DNA of 64,000 bases from Candidatus Moraniibacteriota bacterium (GTDB lineage Bacteria > Patescibacteriota > Minisyncoccia > Moranbacterales > UBA1568): positions 537-64,536 of the forward strand of contig JBPOIB010000006.1 of assembly GCA_052034935.1 (NCBI GenBank), in the 5' to 3' direction. Shown one piece after another: positions 19,617 through 29,943 of this stretch. The notes under the pieces are model-generated. The model was not told the origin of the DNA. It made no database searches and saw nothing but the letters and a program-made list of their open reading frames with translations. A program made the translations under genes and the position numbers. The stretch's first letter is position 1; the number at the start of each line of letters is the position of its first letter.

Positions 19617-21080
19617 ATGCCTACATGGTTCACTTGGAAACGCTTTTTTGTAGTGCTCTTCCTCATCATTATTGCTGCCGGAGCGGGCGCAGCCTATTTC
19701 GCCAAGGACCATACCCAGGAGTTCGCCCTCCAATCCCTTGCCATCGTGACTAAAGTCTCCAAATTCCTCCCCATCGAGGAGGACACAAAGAAGGAGATCG
19801 AGGCAGTAAAACAGCTCGCCGATTTCGCCCTGAAAAAAGATGGGGTGCAGCGCACCTATCTCGTTTTGCTCCAGAATAACCATGAGCTTCGGCCGGGCGG
19901 CGGTTTCCTCGGCCAGTACGCGATTGTGAAGATCAAGGACGGCGAAGTCGTCTCGCTCTTTGTCGAGGATGCCAATCTTCTCGATCAGCGCATTACTGTC
20001 AAGGTCACGCCTCCGTATCCACTCACTAGAAAGCTTGGCTTGAAACGCTGGGAGATGCGCGATTCCAACTTTTCCCCTGACTTCCCGACCAATGCCGCGA
20101 AAGCTGAGTACTTTTATCGGCTCGCCGGCGGCGGACAGAAATTTGATGGCGTTATCGCCGTGAATGCCACCATCCTCGATGACGCGCTCGCCATCACCGG
20201 ACCGATTTCAGTCAGCTATGAGACGTTCGACTACGTCAATGGCAAGTTCGCTCCAAGGATGACCTCCGAGACATTTATGAGTGAGAACGGCGTACTGCGC
20301 CTAGAAGAAGCGGTCGAAAAGAAATTTCTCGTCACCGAAAGCAAGGACATCGAAGTACCGGCCGAGCTCAAACAGAAGCGCAAGAATGTTATGAAAGCTC
20401 TCGCGGCCGAGCTCACAAAACGACTCGCCAGCGTTGATAACATTCCGAAAGCGATCCAGCTCGCCCAAAGTGAGCTCGCTGAGAAAAACATTCAAATCTT
20501 CTTCAAGGACCCAGCACTTCAGACCATCGTTACCGGCGTGAAGTGGAATGGGGCTACCAACACCGACTGGACCAATGATTATCTCATGCTTGTCGACGCC
20601 AATCTCGGTGCCTTGAAGAGTGATGCTTTTGTCGACCGGCGCATCAATTATGAAGTCGACTTCACTGGGGAAAAGCCGATGGCGACCATGACGCACACCT
20701 ACAAGCATCGCGCGACTTACGGCGATTGGCGGACGAGCGACTACCATACGTACCTCCGCGCCTATGTTCCGAAGGGCTCCAAGCTCATCGAACGCAAGCT
20801 CGTCGGTTACCCGCTCACCGATGAGGCCTTCAATAAGACGTATTTCGGTGTCTTCGTCGACGCCGTCATGAATCGCGAAACACCAGGCATGATCAAGTAC
20901 GAGCTCCCTGATACGATCAAAGAGGAAGGCTACCAGCTCATGATCCAGAAGCAGTCCGGCGTCGGCACTATCCCGGTCACTATCACCATCAAGAAAAAAG
21001 ACGGCTCCGTGTTCACACAGTCTCTCGATCTAAAGAAAGATATCGTTCTCGGCTTCAAAGAGGTAGAAGAACGAAAATAG
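19617..21080 (+). CDS. DUF4012-like envelope-associated protein with an N-terminal TM anchor.
   Basis: N-terminal hydrophobic helix. Conserved NHELRPGGGFLG and GGGQKFDGVIAVN motifs. The DUF4012 assignment is from memory. Confidence 0.5.
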   Translation: MPTWFTWKRFFVVLFLIIIAAGAGAAYFAKDHTQEFALQSLAIVTKVSKFLPIEEDTKKEIEAVKQLADFALKKDGVQRTYLVLLQNNHELRPGGGFLGQYAIVKIKDGEVVSLFVEDANLLDQRITVKVTPPYPLTRKLGLKRWEMRDSNFSPDFPTNAAKAEYFYRLAGGGQKFDGVIAVNATILDDALAITGPISVSYETFDYVNGKFAPRMTSETFMSENGVLRLEEAVEKKFLVTESKDIEVPAELKQKRKNVMKALAAELTKRLASVDNIPKAIQLAQSELAEKNIQIFFKDPALQTIVTGVKWNGATNTDWTNDYLMLVDANLGALKSDAFVDRRINYEVDFTGEKPMATMTHTYKHRATYGDWRTSDYHTYLRAYVPKGSKLIERKLVGYPLTDEAFNKTYFGVFVDAVMNRETPGMIKYELPDTIKEEGYQLMIQKQSGVGTIPVTITIKKKDGSVFTQSLDLKKDIVLGFKEVEERK

Positions 21081-21190
21081 CCAGAATCGAGAAAAATAAG
21101 GGAGCAAATCATGGCTTTTTTATCATTTCTGTCCTATAGTCGGGATGGAAAAGGCTCCGCGAAAGCACTAACCATTCTGTACTTGACCCT

Positions 21191-22447
21191 ATGCAAGACG
21201 CTGCTGAAAAATCACCTGAATTGAACGAATTTGACCATCGCCGCCTCGGAGCTGAGCTCGGACTTTTTACCTTTTCCGACTTGGTCGGCTCCGGCCTCCC
21301 GCTTTGGCTCCCTAAAGGCGCGACGGTGAGACGTATCCTCGAACGCTTCGTCGTCGATACCGAGATTGCTTGGGGCTATTCCCACGTCTACACTCCTGAC
21401 ATTGCCAAGCTTGACCTCTACAAAACTTCAGGCCACTACCCATACTACAAGGACTCGATGTACGCGCCGATCGAAATCGACGAGCACGAGTTCATGCTTC
21501 GGCCGATGACCTGCCCGCACCATTTTGAGCTCTACAAGACAAGGCCGAGAAGCTACCGGGAACTGCCGATGCGGATTGCTGAACTCGCCAAACTCTACCG
21601 CTATGAAGGCTCCGGCGAACTTTCCGGTCTTGTCCGCGTCCGCAGCTTCTGCCTCGCGGATGCCCACATAGTCTGCACAGACCGCGACCAGGCAGCGAGC
21701 GAGGTAGACCGTGCGCTCGACCTCATCGAACACATCGCGACTATTTTCGGGCTCAAGCTCGGCGAAAATTACTCATACCGGCTTTCCCTCGGTGATCGCA
21801 CCGACGACAAGAAATACTACAAGAATGATGCGGCCTGGGATGAGGGCGAAGTAATGCTCCGAGAAGTGCTCACGAAGCGCGGTGGCGCATTCGTCGAAGC
21901 GGTCGGTGAAGCTGCTTTCTATGGACCGAAAATCGACATCCAGATGGTCGACGCGCGAGGTAAAGAAAATACCGCCTTCACTGTCCAATACGACTTCTGC
22001 ATGCCGGACCGCTTCGATCTCGCCTACATCGCTCCTGATGGCACCGAAAAAAGACCGGTCGTCGTCCATCGTTCCTCGGTCGGTGCCATCGAGCGTGTTA
22101 TGGCTTTTCTTATCGAGCATTACAAAGGTGCTTTCCCTCTCTGGCTCGCACCCGTCCAAGTGAAGGTACTGCCAATCAGTGAAAAGCACTCCGATTATGC
22201 TGAATCAGTGGTAGCAGAGCTCCTGAAAGTGGGCATCCGGGCCGAGCTCGACCAAAGCGACGAGTCGCTCGGGAAAAAAGTCCGGAATGCAAAGACTGAG
22301 AAGATCCCCTACTTCGTCGTTCTCGGCGACCAGGAAGTCACGGCTGGTACGCTCAGCGTCGAGCACCGGGCTGAGGGAAAGATTGGTGCACTTTCGCTCC
22401 CCGCTTTTCTCGCTCGGCTTGCCGAAGAAGTCAGCCAAAAAAAGTAA
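21191..22447 (+). CDS. thrS: Threonyl-tRNA synthetase, catalytic core plus anticodon-binding domain only (no N-terminal TGS/editing region).
   Basis: Class II motifs: MLRPMTCPHH, RVRSFCLADAHIV, GAFYGPKID. 418 aa versus about 640 aa for canonical ThrRS. Confidence 0.85.
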   Translation: MQDAAEKSPELNEFDHRRLGAELGLFTFSDLVGSGLPLWLPKGATVRRILERFVVDTEIAWGYSHVYTPDIAKLDLYKTSGHYPYYKDSMYAPIEIDEHEFMLRPMTCPHHFELYKTRPRSYRELPMRIAELAKLYRYEGSGELSGLVRVRSFCLADAHIVCTDRDQAASEVDRALDLIEHIATIFGLKLGENYSYRLSLGDRTDDKKYYKNDAAWDEGEVMLREVLTKRGGAFVEAVGEAAFYGPKIDIQMVDARGKENTAFTVQYDFCMPDRFDLAYIAPDGTEKRPVVVHRSSVGAIERVMAFLIEHYKGAFPLWLAPVQVKVLPISEKHSDYAESVVAELLKVGIRAELDQSDESLGKKVRNAKTEKIPYFVVLGDQEVTAGTLSVEHRAEGKIGALSLPAFLARLAEEVSQKK

Positions 22448-22459
22448 TCATCAAAGCCT

Positions 22460-22738
22460 ATGCTCTGGATTTTCGATGCTGCAACCGGGAAACGGGTCAC
22501 CAAGGAGGAATTCCGCGAATCAGTCATCCCAAGGCTTCGGAGCAGAGGGCTTTCCAATGACGATATCGATTTCGTCCGGACAGCTATCGATGGAGCACTA
22601 AACGAGGGCGGGATGCAGAGTGGCGTCACCGAAGAAGAAATCGAGCAGCTCATCGAGACTATGCAAAAGAATGCACCAGATCACTTCTCGGACGAGAACC
22701 TGAAGAAAGTCGAGGAGGAGCTCCGTCGCAAACTCTAG
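22460..22738 (+). CDS. Hypothetical small acidic protein.
   Basis: ORF only. No strong RBS. Confidence 0.3.
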   Translation: MLWIFDAATGKRVTKEEFRESVIPRLRSRGLSNDDIDFVRTAIDGALNEGGMQSGVTEEEIEQLIETMQKNAPDHFSDENLKKVEEELRRKL

Positions 22739-22748
22739 CTGAATCAAA

Positions 22749-22782
22749 AATCCCGGGACCGCTGAGAGTTCCGGGATTTTTT
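22749..22782. terminator. Bidirectional terminator hairpin.
   Basis: ATCCCGG...CCGGGAT stem followed by TTTTTT. Confidence 0.5.
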
Positions 22783-22808
22783 CTACTAAAAATAGGCCTC
22801 TCTCTTCT

Positions 22809-23396
22809 TCACTCGGAACACGCCGCCGGATTCCACCGGCCCCTCTCTTCTTGTCGTGCTGAATTTTCTGCTCGATCGAGAATCTCTTGCTTGGCCGTAT
22901 CGGGCTTGTATACAACCGATTCCGCATAGCCTCCTTGGACGAGTGTTTCATTGATGAAAACATCACCGAGATACGCATAGCGGAGAAGTCGCGCGTAACG
23001 GTCACGATCGGTCCGGTCACGTTCGAGTCGCACTCGCTTTCCCTCGATCAGAGTTTTCAGATACTCGCTTGATTCTTTCCCAAAGCACTCGATTTTGGTA
23101 TTTGGATTCACGGTTTCAGGCGTATCGATACCGATCAGCCGGACTCGTTCCCCTCCCTCAATCTCGAAGGTATCGCCATCAACCACTCGGACGACAAGTA
23201 CCTCGGGTGGGTCGCCTGGGACCGCAGGATGAGCTTGGGACGAAACTGTCTCATCCTTTGGTAGCGTCGCCAGGCTATTTCCGAAAAAGAGTGTCGCAAC
23301 GAAAGCGACGACTAAGAGGATCTGGTAGTTCCGTCTCCCCAAAAGCTGCCGCAAGAGAGCGGTTGACGCTTTAGCGTTGTTCAAAGTGTCGGACAT
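22809..23396 (-). CDS. Thermonuclease (staphylococcal nuclease, SNase-like) with an N-terminal TM/signal anchor.
   Basis: VRLIGIDTPE and YARLLRYAY...GGYAE motifs characteristic of SNase. Confidence 0.7.
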   Translation of the reverse strand: MSDTLNNAKASTALLRQLLGRRNYQILLVVAFVATLFFGNSLATLPKDETVSSQAHPAVPGDPPEVLVVRVVDGDTFEIEGGERVRLIGIDTPETVNPNTKIECFGKESSEYLKTLIEGKRVRLERDRTDRDRYARLLRYAYLGDVFINETLVQGGYAESVVYKPDTAKQEILDRAENSARQEERGRWNPAACSE

Positions 23397-25983
23397 AGTA
23401 TCGCTTCACGCACTCGGTTGTAACAAAGTAAAGCACCGAAAGAGCAAGAACCACAAGCATGATATGGCCGCTCTCAGGAGCAAAGCGGAACACCTTCGAG
23501 CCGAAAGAACTTTCAATGAGCACCAAAGCTGCTATAAGCGCCACAATCGAGAGCCCGATGAGCGTCCAAGACGGACGACGAGCAGAAAGGAAGAACAATT
23601 TTGTTCGAAGCGAAAAGATGAGAATGATCTCGGTAATGAGTGAGAGGAGAAACCAGGCCGTCTGGAGCGCCGCGGGACCTTCTTTGTAAAACATCGCGAA
23701 GAGGGCGAAGTCAAAGAGTGAGCTGACGAAACCGAAGAAAACGGTCATGAGCACGATCGATCCAACCTGGTATGAGCGCGGCCGTTCGAGCTCATCATGG
23801 TCGACATTGTCGGTCGCGACGGCCAGCATAGGGAAATCCGAAAGGAGGTTCAGGACGAGGATCTGGATCGGGAGAAGAGGAACAAAGGGAAGAAAGAGTG
23901 AGGCGAGAGCGACCGAATAAAAATTTCCGAAATTCGAAGTGAGTGTGATCCGCAGATACTTCAGAATATTGGCAAAGATGATCCTCCCCTCGCGCACGCC
24001 ATCGATAGCCGTTTCGAGATTGCGCTGCAACAGAACGATGTCGGCTGATTCTTTGGCGATATCAGCCGCGCCCTGTACCACGATACCGACATTGGCAAGT
24101 TTGAGGGCTGCAGCGTCATTAATCCCCTCGCCCAAAAATCCGACCTCATGCTTTTCCTGGAGCAGCCCGATGATGAGGTGCTTCTGCTGAGGGGAAACGC
24201 GGGCGAAGACATGGCATCTTTCGACCCGTTCCCGCTGCTCAGCCGATGACAATGCTTCGAGCTCCGCACCGGTAATTACTTCCTCGCGCACATCCGTTAT
24301 CAAACCGACTGCCTGTGCGACTGCGGCGGCCACATCCCGACTATCTCCGGTCACAATCTTCACGGCGATGCCGAGTAAGCGAGCATCAGCAATTGCCTTT
24401 TCGGCAGACTTTTTCAGCGGATCGAGGAAGGCAATCAGACCAACATACAAGAGTTTGTCTTCAAGCTCTGGAGCGATCAGTCGTTTCCGCGGAAGCGATC
24501 GGACAGCGACCGCGAGTACTCGTTTTCCTTCCTTGCCGGCGGCATTTCCCCACTCAACGAGCTCCTCTCGCTCTTTTTCAGAAAGATCATCGCAGCGGCC
24601 GAGAACCTCTTCGAATGCCCCACGAACGATTAGCGTCGTCTTGCGGTCAATCTGGGCGAGTACGCTGTTACGGCGGCGGCCCGGATCGAACGGGAGCGTA
24701 TCGATACGAGCGATACCGGCGATTCGGATCCGCTCTGCTTCGGTCACCGCGTGCCAGACGGCCAGATCAAACGGGTCACGGAGGAGCGAGCGATGGATGG
24801 GCGCTTCGACCGAAGCGACGCTCGCGAGGCGTAGGCAAAGTTCGCGATCCTTCGCATTCACATCGGCTACTGCTAGGGCATTCTCGGTCAATGTCCCCGT
24901 CTTGTCGGTGCAGAGCACGCTGATACTGCCGAGATCCTCGATCGCCGAAAGCCGTTTCACGACCACCTTCTTCTGGGCGAGGCGGAGTGACCCTCTCGAG
25001 AGCGTCACGGCCGTGATGACCGGCAGTGCCTCCGGTATCACCGAGACGGCAAGTGCGAGCGAGAAGATAAGTAGCTCAGCGATGTCTGTCTCTCCTCTCC
25101 GAAGCAGAACATTCGCGATGAAAATAAAGAAAAGTGTCCCGGCGACAAGGCGAAGGATGAAACGGCTGAAGTGGTTGATCCCTTTCTCGAAGCTACTTTC
25201 ATGCCGCGGTTCCTCGGTGAGTGTCGCGATATCACCGAGTGATGACTTTTTTCCCGTCGCGATTACTACGCCTTCGCCCCGACCCGAGACAACTACCGTT
25301 CCAGCGAAACCGATATTGACCCCATCGGACATATTCACTTTCGGAAATTTGAGTGCTTCATGGTGCTTGAACACGGAGACCGTTTCGCCGCTAATGACGC
25401 TCTCGTCAATGGTGAGCGAGCGGGTCAGAAAGAATCTGAGATCGGCAGCGAGGCGGTCACCCGCTTCGACGATGACGATGTCTCCGGGAACGACCTCATG
25501 GCTTTCAATCTGGATAATCTCTCCAGACCGGCGGACTCGCACATGGGAAATAAGGTACCGGCGCAGGAGCCGAATACTCCGTTCCGAGTGGTACTCCTGG
25601 TAGCTCTCAAGACCGATATTGATGAGGATGAAGAGAAGGATGAGGCTCGCCTCAAGACGTTCGCCAAGAGCGAACGACAGTGCAGCGGCGGCGAGAAGCA
25701 GATACAAAAACGACGACCGGAACCGGCGCTTGATGAGCGCTGGCCAGGGAGAGACCTCTTTGGACAGACGGTTCGGCCCATACTCAGTGAGACGCTCTTT
25801 GACTTCGGTTTGAGAGAGACCGCTCCGCCGTGAACGCATCTCGACGATCACGTCTTCTGGCTCAGGGAGAGTCATCTTTTTCCAGTACATATCCGATTGC
25901 ACGCCCCCCCATTCTCTCTCAAAGAAGACCAGGAAGCCGCTTTTAATGTGTTTTTGTTTTGTGCCTCCGAAACCGGGTTTCAC
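23371..25983 (-). CDS. P-type cation-transporting ATPase (P2/P3-like, Ca2+/Mg2+ type).
   Basis: CTDKTGTLT phosphorylation motif. TGDSRDVA and GEGINDAAALKLANVGIVV motifs. About 10 TM. The true start may be the internal Met near 25890. Confidence 0.85.
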   Translation of the reverse strand: MKPGFGGTKQKHIKSGFLVFFEREWGGVQSDMYWKKMTLPEPEDVIVEMRSRRSGLSQTEVKERLTEYGPNRLSKEVSPWPALIKRRFRSSFLYLLLAAAALSFALGERLEASLILLFILINIGLESYQEYHSERSIRLLRRYLISHVRVRRSGEIIQIESHEVVPGDIVIVEAGDRLAADLRFFLTRSLTIDESVISGETVSVFKHHEALKFPKVNMSDGVNIGFAGTVVVSGRGEGVVIATGKKSSLGDIATLTEEPRHESSFEKGINHFSRFILRLVAGTLFFIFIANVLLRRGETDIAELLIFSLALAVSVIPEALPVITAVTLSRGSLRLAQKKVVVKRLSAIEDLGSISVLCTDKTGTLTENALAVADVNAKDRELCLRLASVASVEAPIHRSLLRDPFDLAVWHAVTEAERIRIAGIARIDTLPFDPGRRRNSVLAQIDRKTTLIVRGAFEEVLGRCDDLSEKEREELVEWGNAAGKEGKRVLAVAVRSLPRKRLIAPELEDKLLYVGLIAFLDPLKKSAEKAIADARLLGIAVKIVTGDSRDVAAAVAQAVGLITDVREEVITGAELEALSSAEQRERVERCHVFARVSPQQKHLIIGLLQEKHEVGFLGEGINDAAALKLANVGIVVQGAADIAKESADIVLLQRNLETAIDGVREGRIIFANILKYLRITLTSNFGNFYSVALASLFLPFVPLLPIQILVLNLLSDFPMLAVATDNVDHDELERPRSYQVGSIVLMTVFFGFVSSLFDFALFAMFYKEGPAALQTAWFLLSLITEIILIFSLRTKLFFLSARRPSWTLIGLSIVALIAALVLIESSFGSKVFRFAPESGHIMLVVLALSVLYFVTTECVKRYYVRHFEQR

Positions 25984-26321
25984 CCCGTAGTATAGAAACG
26001 CTTATGATTCGCTTTCTCCTGGAGTGCCACTACCGCCTTGAAGTCATCACCCTCAACCATTTTGTTTTTCCGCTCATGTCCGCAGAGGATGCAGCGATGG
26101 AGAATTTTCCACGAATCACCGAAAGGCTCAACTGTGATTGGCTCCATGAGTCCGCCGCAATCAGCTGCCCGGTCGCCTGGATGAATATCGACATGCTGAC
26201 TGTAGAGGCAGCGCGGACAATGATTGGTATAACCCGTTCCCTCGACGGAAAGCGAACAATGCCCGCAGACAAAATCTTCGGCGCGTCGCTGAAACCGCTT
26301 CGTGGAGGACTCTTCCTGCAT
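25980..26321 (-). CDS. RNHCP-domain zinc-ribbon protein.
   Basis: YTNHCPRCLYSQHV motif plus additional Cys pairs (CGHC, CILCGHE). Confidence 0.55.
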   Translation of the reverse strand: MQEESSTKRFQRRAEDFVCGHCSLSVEGTGYTNHCPRCLYSQHVDIHPGDRAADCGGLMEPITVEPFGDSWKILHRCILCGHERKNKMVEGDDFKAVVALQEKANHKRFYTTG

Positions 26322-26348
26322 ACTGTTAGTATACCATCGCTCCCCGGT

Positions 26349-27605
26349 CTATTTTCTAATTATTTCATTGATGACATCCTCGTCCTGACAGGAATACTTC
26401 CGATGGGCCGAATAGTATCGTTTCTTCGGACCATAGCAGCCATCATTTTCCCGATGGAGCGTCGCCAAAAGCGGGAGGAGAAAACCGACATTCTGTTTCT
26501 TGAACCGACTATGCAGACGACTCATCGTCTCAGCCCGCTTCTCCTTGCTCATCCGGGTGAAAACACTCATATCGTCTCCGATTTTTCCGCTCCAGTCGAA
26601 ATGAACGAAAACGTTTTTCGCTTTGTCCTTGTAGAGCGGATGCCAAAGCAAGGCCCAGCACCAATCGCCCGGCCCCTGCCACCAGCGGCTGTGACACGGA
26701 TTGTCCTGGACATCGCCATTACTGTTGATCCCCACGCCACCCTCGATGAAATCAAAGTAGCTGAGATACGTCGGGTCGGTGATGTCATTGGTTTGCGCGC
26801 CGATGATGATTTCCATTCCCCGGAATTCGGCGTACTCGCGCATATCGCGAATGATTTCAGGGATGATCGCCTGCGTTAAATCCTTCTTCTCCTGGTAAAA
26901 GATCTGCCCGAAGAGAAAGCTCTGTATACCCATATCCATCGCCCGCTCCGTGATGTATTTCAGGTATTTTCGATACTCCTCACTCTCAAACGATGGCTTA
27001 CAACTATGTTCCCCCCAATAATTCTTCGACCCATCCCGACACATATCCTTGAAGTTGAAATCCCGCTCTTCCGCTGGAAAGTAATAATCCTCGTTCGTCG
27101 CGATCGCCTCGGCGATGAACATACCGTATACGGCCGGCTCTGTCCGTTCGACCTTGGACAGGATTTCCCGGGCGTCCTTGAAGTCGGGTGCTTGGAGCCA
27201 AGTCTCAAGCGCTCGATGAAAATAGTAGCACTCCGAACGGCTGACCAGCGCAGCAGAGCTGTTGATATCATCGCCGTAACCAGAGAGGAAACCATCCGCG
27301 ACGCAGCCTTCCTCCTTCATCTGCTCTATCGAAGGCGGCGGTGGCGGTGGCAGCGGTGGCAGATCAAGAAGTTTCTCAATCGGCGTTTCAGTCGTATCTT
27401 CAACGAGCTCCATCACCGGCTCCGGCGTGACCCACTCCGACAAGGGCTGTGGGTTGGGTGCAAAATCTGATTCTGAAAGCTTTTTTGGCTTCACAAAAAA
27501 GTATGTCCCGCCAACTGCAAAACAGATGATGAGTCCCACCATCACTGCCTGAAGAGAGAGAAGACGCTTTTCCCTCCGGTCCATTTTTTGACGAAAGGCA
27601 AGCAT
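26349..27605 (-). CDS. Hypothetical membrane-anchored extracytoplasmic protein (Pro-rich linker, Trp/Cys-rich domain).
   Basis: Start placed at MLAF, downstream of the tRNA-Gly gene. One TM, PPPPPPS linker, no recognisable catalytic motif. Confidence 0.45.
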   Translation of the reverse strand: MLAFRQKMDRREKRLLSLQAVMVGLIICFAVGGTYFFVKPKKLSESDFAPNPQPLSEWVTPEPVMELVEDTTETPIEKLLDLPPLPPPPPPSIEQMKEEGCVADGFLSGYGDDINSSAALVSRSECYYFHRALETWLQAPDFKDAREILSKVERTEPAVYGMFIAEAIATNEDYYFPAEERDFNFKDMCRDGSKNYWGEHSCKPSFESEEYRKYLKYITERAMDMGIQSFLFGQIFYQEKKDLTQAIIPEIIRDMREYAEFRGMEIIIGAQTNDITDPTYLSYFDFIEGGVGINSNGDVQDNPCHSRWWQGPGDWCWALLWHPLYKDKAKNVFVHFDWSGKIGDDMSVFTRMSKEKRAETMSRLHSRFKKQNVGFLLPLLATLHRENDGCYGPKKRYYSAHRKYSCQDEDVINEIIRK

Positions 27606-27674
27606 ATTGGTCCCACTAGTATAGCGCGAAAAGAAAAAAGCCTCGAGCGAGGCTTTTTTATATTTTATTACTTG

Positions 27675-27747
27675 AGCGAGAGACGGGAATCGAACCCGCG
27701 TAGTCAGCTTGGAAGGCTGATGCACTACCATTGTGCTACTCTCGCGG
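27675..27747 (-). tRNA. tRNA-Gly (anticodon TCC).
   Basis: Acceptor GCGAGAG, anticodon loop CTTCCAA, T-arm GCGGGTTCGATTCCCGT. CCA not encoded. Confidence 0.85.
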
Positions 27748-27752
27748 AATAT

Positions 27753-28502
27753 TTATTTGGTTGCCTGATTGGCTGACGCCATGCCGGTGAAGGGATCATT
27801 GACGAATCGTTCTTTGGAAACGCCAAGGGAAACAAGCATCGTCTCCATCGCTTCGATGAAAGCTGGTGCTCCGACGAGATAGTACCAATTTCCCGCCAGC
27901 TCTTCGGCCGGAAGATATTTTTTGAGCATATCTTCGCAGATGTATCCGCGCTCGTCGTTCGTCCCGGTACACGGGATCGTTTCCTGGGAAAAAGTCGTTA
28001 CATACTGGTAGTCCGGGAGACTAAGACTTTTCAGTTCGTCATTGAATGCTGCATCTTTGATCATTCGGTTCGAGTAGAAGAAGATCATCGGACGAGCCAG
28101 TCCATCATGCGCCGATTGGACCAGGATGCTCCGGATCGGGGTCACACCGATGCCACCGGCGAGAAAGACAATCCGCTTATCATCGGCTGCATGCGAGAGG
28201 GTGAAGTGACCGATCGGCTTCGTCGCCTGGGCGACTTCGCCCGGCTCGAGTGCCATCAAGGTCTGTTTGTAGCCGCTCTCGGTGATCCGGACCGCGAACA
28301 TCAGATCTTCCTCGCAAGGCGCCGAAGAGATCGAGAGCGAACGCACCGGCCCCCGCTTATCCGCTGCGACGAGACGTGGTAAAACGAGCGCCACATACTG
28401 CCCCGCCTCGAAGACAAAATCAGCCGGTTTCTCGAAATGAAACGCCCAGGTGCCATCAGCAATCTGGGACTTCGATTTGAATTTCAGGGAAAAATTAGCC
28501 AT
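27753..28502 (-). CDS. FNR-like FAD/NAD(P)-binding oxidoreductase (ferredoxin-NADP reductase family).
   Basis: RSLSISS (RxYS-like FAD motif) and VFLAGGIGVTPIRS NAD-binding motif. Start set at MANFSL. Confidence 0.65.
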   Translation of the reverse strand: MANFSLKFKSKSQIADGTWAFHFEKPADFVFEAGQYVALVLPRLVAADKRGPVRSLSISSAPCEEDLMFAVRITESGYKQTLMALEPGEVAQATKPIGHFTLSHAADDKRIVFLAGGIGVTPIRSILVQSAHDGLARPMIFFYSNRMIKDAAFNDELKSLSLPDYQYVTTFSQETIPCTGTNDERGYICEDMLKKYLPAEELAGNWYYLVGAPAFIEAMETMLVSLGVSKERFVNDPFTGMASANQATK

Positions 28503-28567
28503 AACGAGCCTATTGTAGCCATTCCGGCAGGCGAAGTCAAAGCTTCTCACGGGCCGCTCACCCAGCT

Positions 28568-29047
28568 ATGATGCAGAGAGAATCAGCTGTCATAACCTCC
28601 TCCTCTATGAAAATCCATGAACTTGGTCATGTTGTCCTCTATGTTTCTGACCTCGAACGCTCCCGCGCTTTCTACCGCGATACTCTCGGCTTCCCCGAGA
28701 TCGAAAGCGAGATGCGCGGCGGTGCCCTCTTCACTACCGGCCGCACCCACCATGAGCTGCTCCTCATCGAAATCGGCGGTATTCCCCGGCCCAAACATGT
28801 CCCGGAACCAGGTCTCTACCATATCGGACTGAAGATTGGGGATACCGATGAAGAGCTCCGCCAGGCACAGCAGGAACTCGAAAGAGCAGGTGTCACTATT
28901 GTCGGCACCGCCGATCACACCGTCACCCATAGCCTCTACATCCTCGATCCGGACAGCAATGAACTCGAGCTCTATGCTGATGTCTCCGATGTCTGGAAAA
29001 CCGATCCTTCCGCCGTTGCTCGCCCAACTCAGCATCTCGAACTGTAA
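28568..29047 (+). CDS. VOC-family protein (glyoxalase/bleomycin resistance/extradiol dioxygenase fold).
   Basis: HVVLYVSDLERSRAFYRDTLGF and HIGLKIGD motifs. Possible alternative start at MKIHELG (28607). Confidence 0.7.
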   Translation: MMQRESAVITSSSMKIHELGHVVLYVSDLERSRAFYRDTLGFPEIESEMRGGALFTTGRTHHELLLIEIGGIPRPKHVPEPGLYHIGLKIGDTDEELRQAQQELERAGVTIVGTADHTVTHSLYILDPDSNELELYADVSDVWKTDPSAVARPTQHLEL

Positions 29048-29339
29048 AAAAGTTTCATATAAAAATTGAAAGGCCCCAACGATGGATCTCGTGTGGGGCC
29101 AGTCTTGAATTCAACTGAGCGGGGCGAGGTTCTTGGAACCCCAGGACCGTGTCATTGAGTAGCCCGAGTAAGACTACTTTAAGTCGATGAAGGCTTACGC
29201 TCCTAGGAGGAACAACCTTTCTTCGAGCTCCGGATTAGTTGCGATCCGGGCGTTTGCTGGAACGGGAATAGACCATCCCTCTTCTCCTCAATGGTTGATG
29301 CGACGCTTGTTGCCGCGTTGTGATGACACAGGGTCACCG

Positions 29340-29573
29340 TCATGTGGGGCGCGCACGCTCCAGTGCCAGCATTCCGTGGGCCAGAACCACGTGCTCGACG
29401 ATGGCGACAGCGGGCGCGGCCGGAGCAGGACTCAGGAGCAGTCCTTCCCCTGGCAGCGCAGCCTGGCCGTCCGATCGGCGATCAACCGCGATCGACTCAT
29501 GCTGGGCGAATCTCGCCGAGAAGAGTACGAAAGCGACAGATGCCGCGACGGACAGGCAACGGGCGAGACTCAT
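29340..29573 (-). CDS. Small secreted protein (signal peptide), high GC.
   Basis: AGGAGG lies upstream of the ATG. N-terminus MSLARCLSVAASVAFVLFSA. Confidence 0.45.
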   Translation of the reverse strand: MSLARCLSVAASVAFVLFSARFAQHESIAVDRRSDGQAALPGEGLLLSPAPAAPAVAIVEHVVLAHGMLALERARPT

Positions 29574-29667
29574 GGGCCTCCTTTCTCTTACGCGGGCCCA
29601 ATCACGAGCGATGTTTTCCGTCAGTCAGACCGACGGAGCATCTCGCAAGTGAACGACCCAGCCGCCG

Positions 29668-29943
29668 CACGTTCAGGCCTGGAAGGCCATCGGCACAGCG
29701 TTGGCCACCAGGCTGCCCAGCACCAGCGTGGTGCCGGCGCCGATGCGGCCGTTCTTGACGTCGAACGTGATGACCAGCGCGCCGAAGTGGTTCTTGGCGG
29801 CGACGTGGTTCACAGCAGCAGGTCCTTCTCGAAGTTGCGCAGGCCCGCGGTCTTGGTGGGGCTGGCGCTCGGGCTCGTCGCGACCAGCGCGGTGGCGATG
29901 CCCAGCTTTGCGTGGGAACGGTTCAGGTTCGGGGGGTCGTGCA
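29668..29943 (-). pseudogene. Frameshifted paralog of the small secreted protein at 30390..30746.
   Basis: N-terminus MHDPPNLNRSHAKLGIATALVATSPSAS is homologous to MNRSRSHVSLAALSALCLAASAS. The frame ends at 29810, and the homologous sequence continues in the +1 frame to about 29668. Confidence 0.4.

Noticed and set aside
24368-25603. 411-aa Ser/Arg-rich plus-strand ORF.
   Set aside because: Antisense shadow of the P-type ATPase gene. Extreme S/R/A composition.
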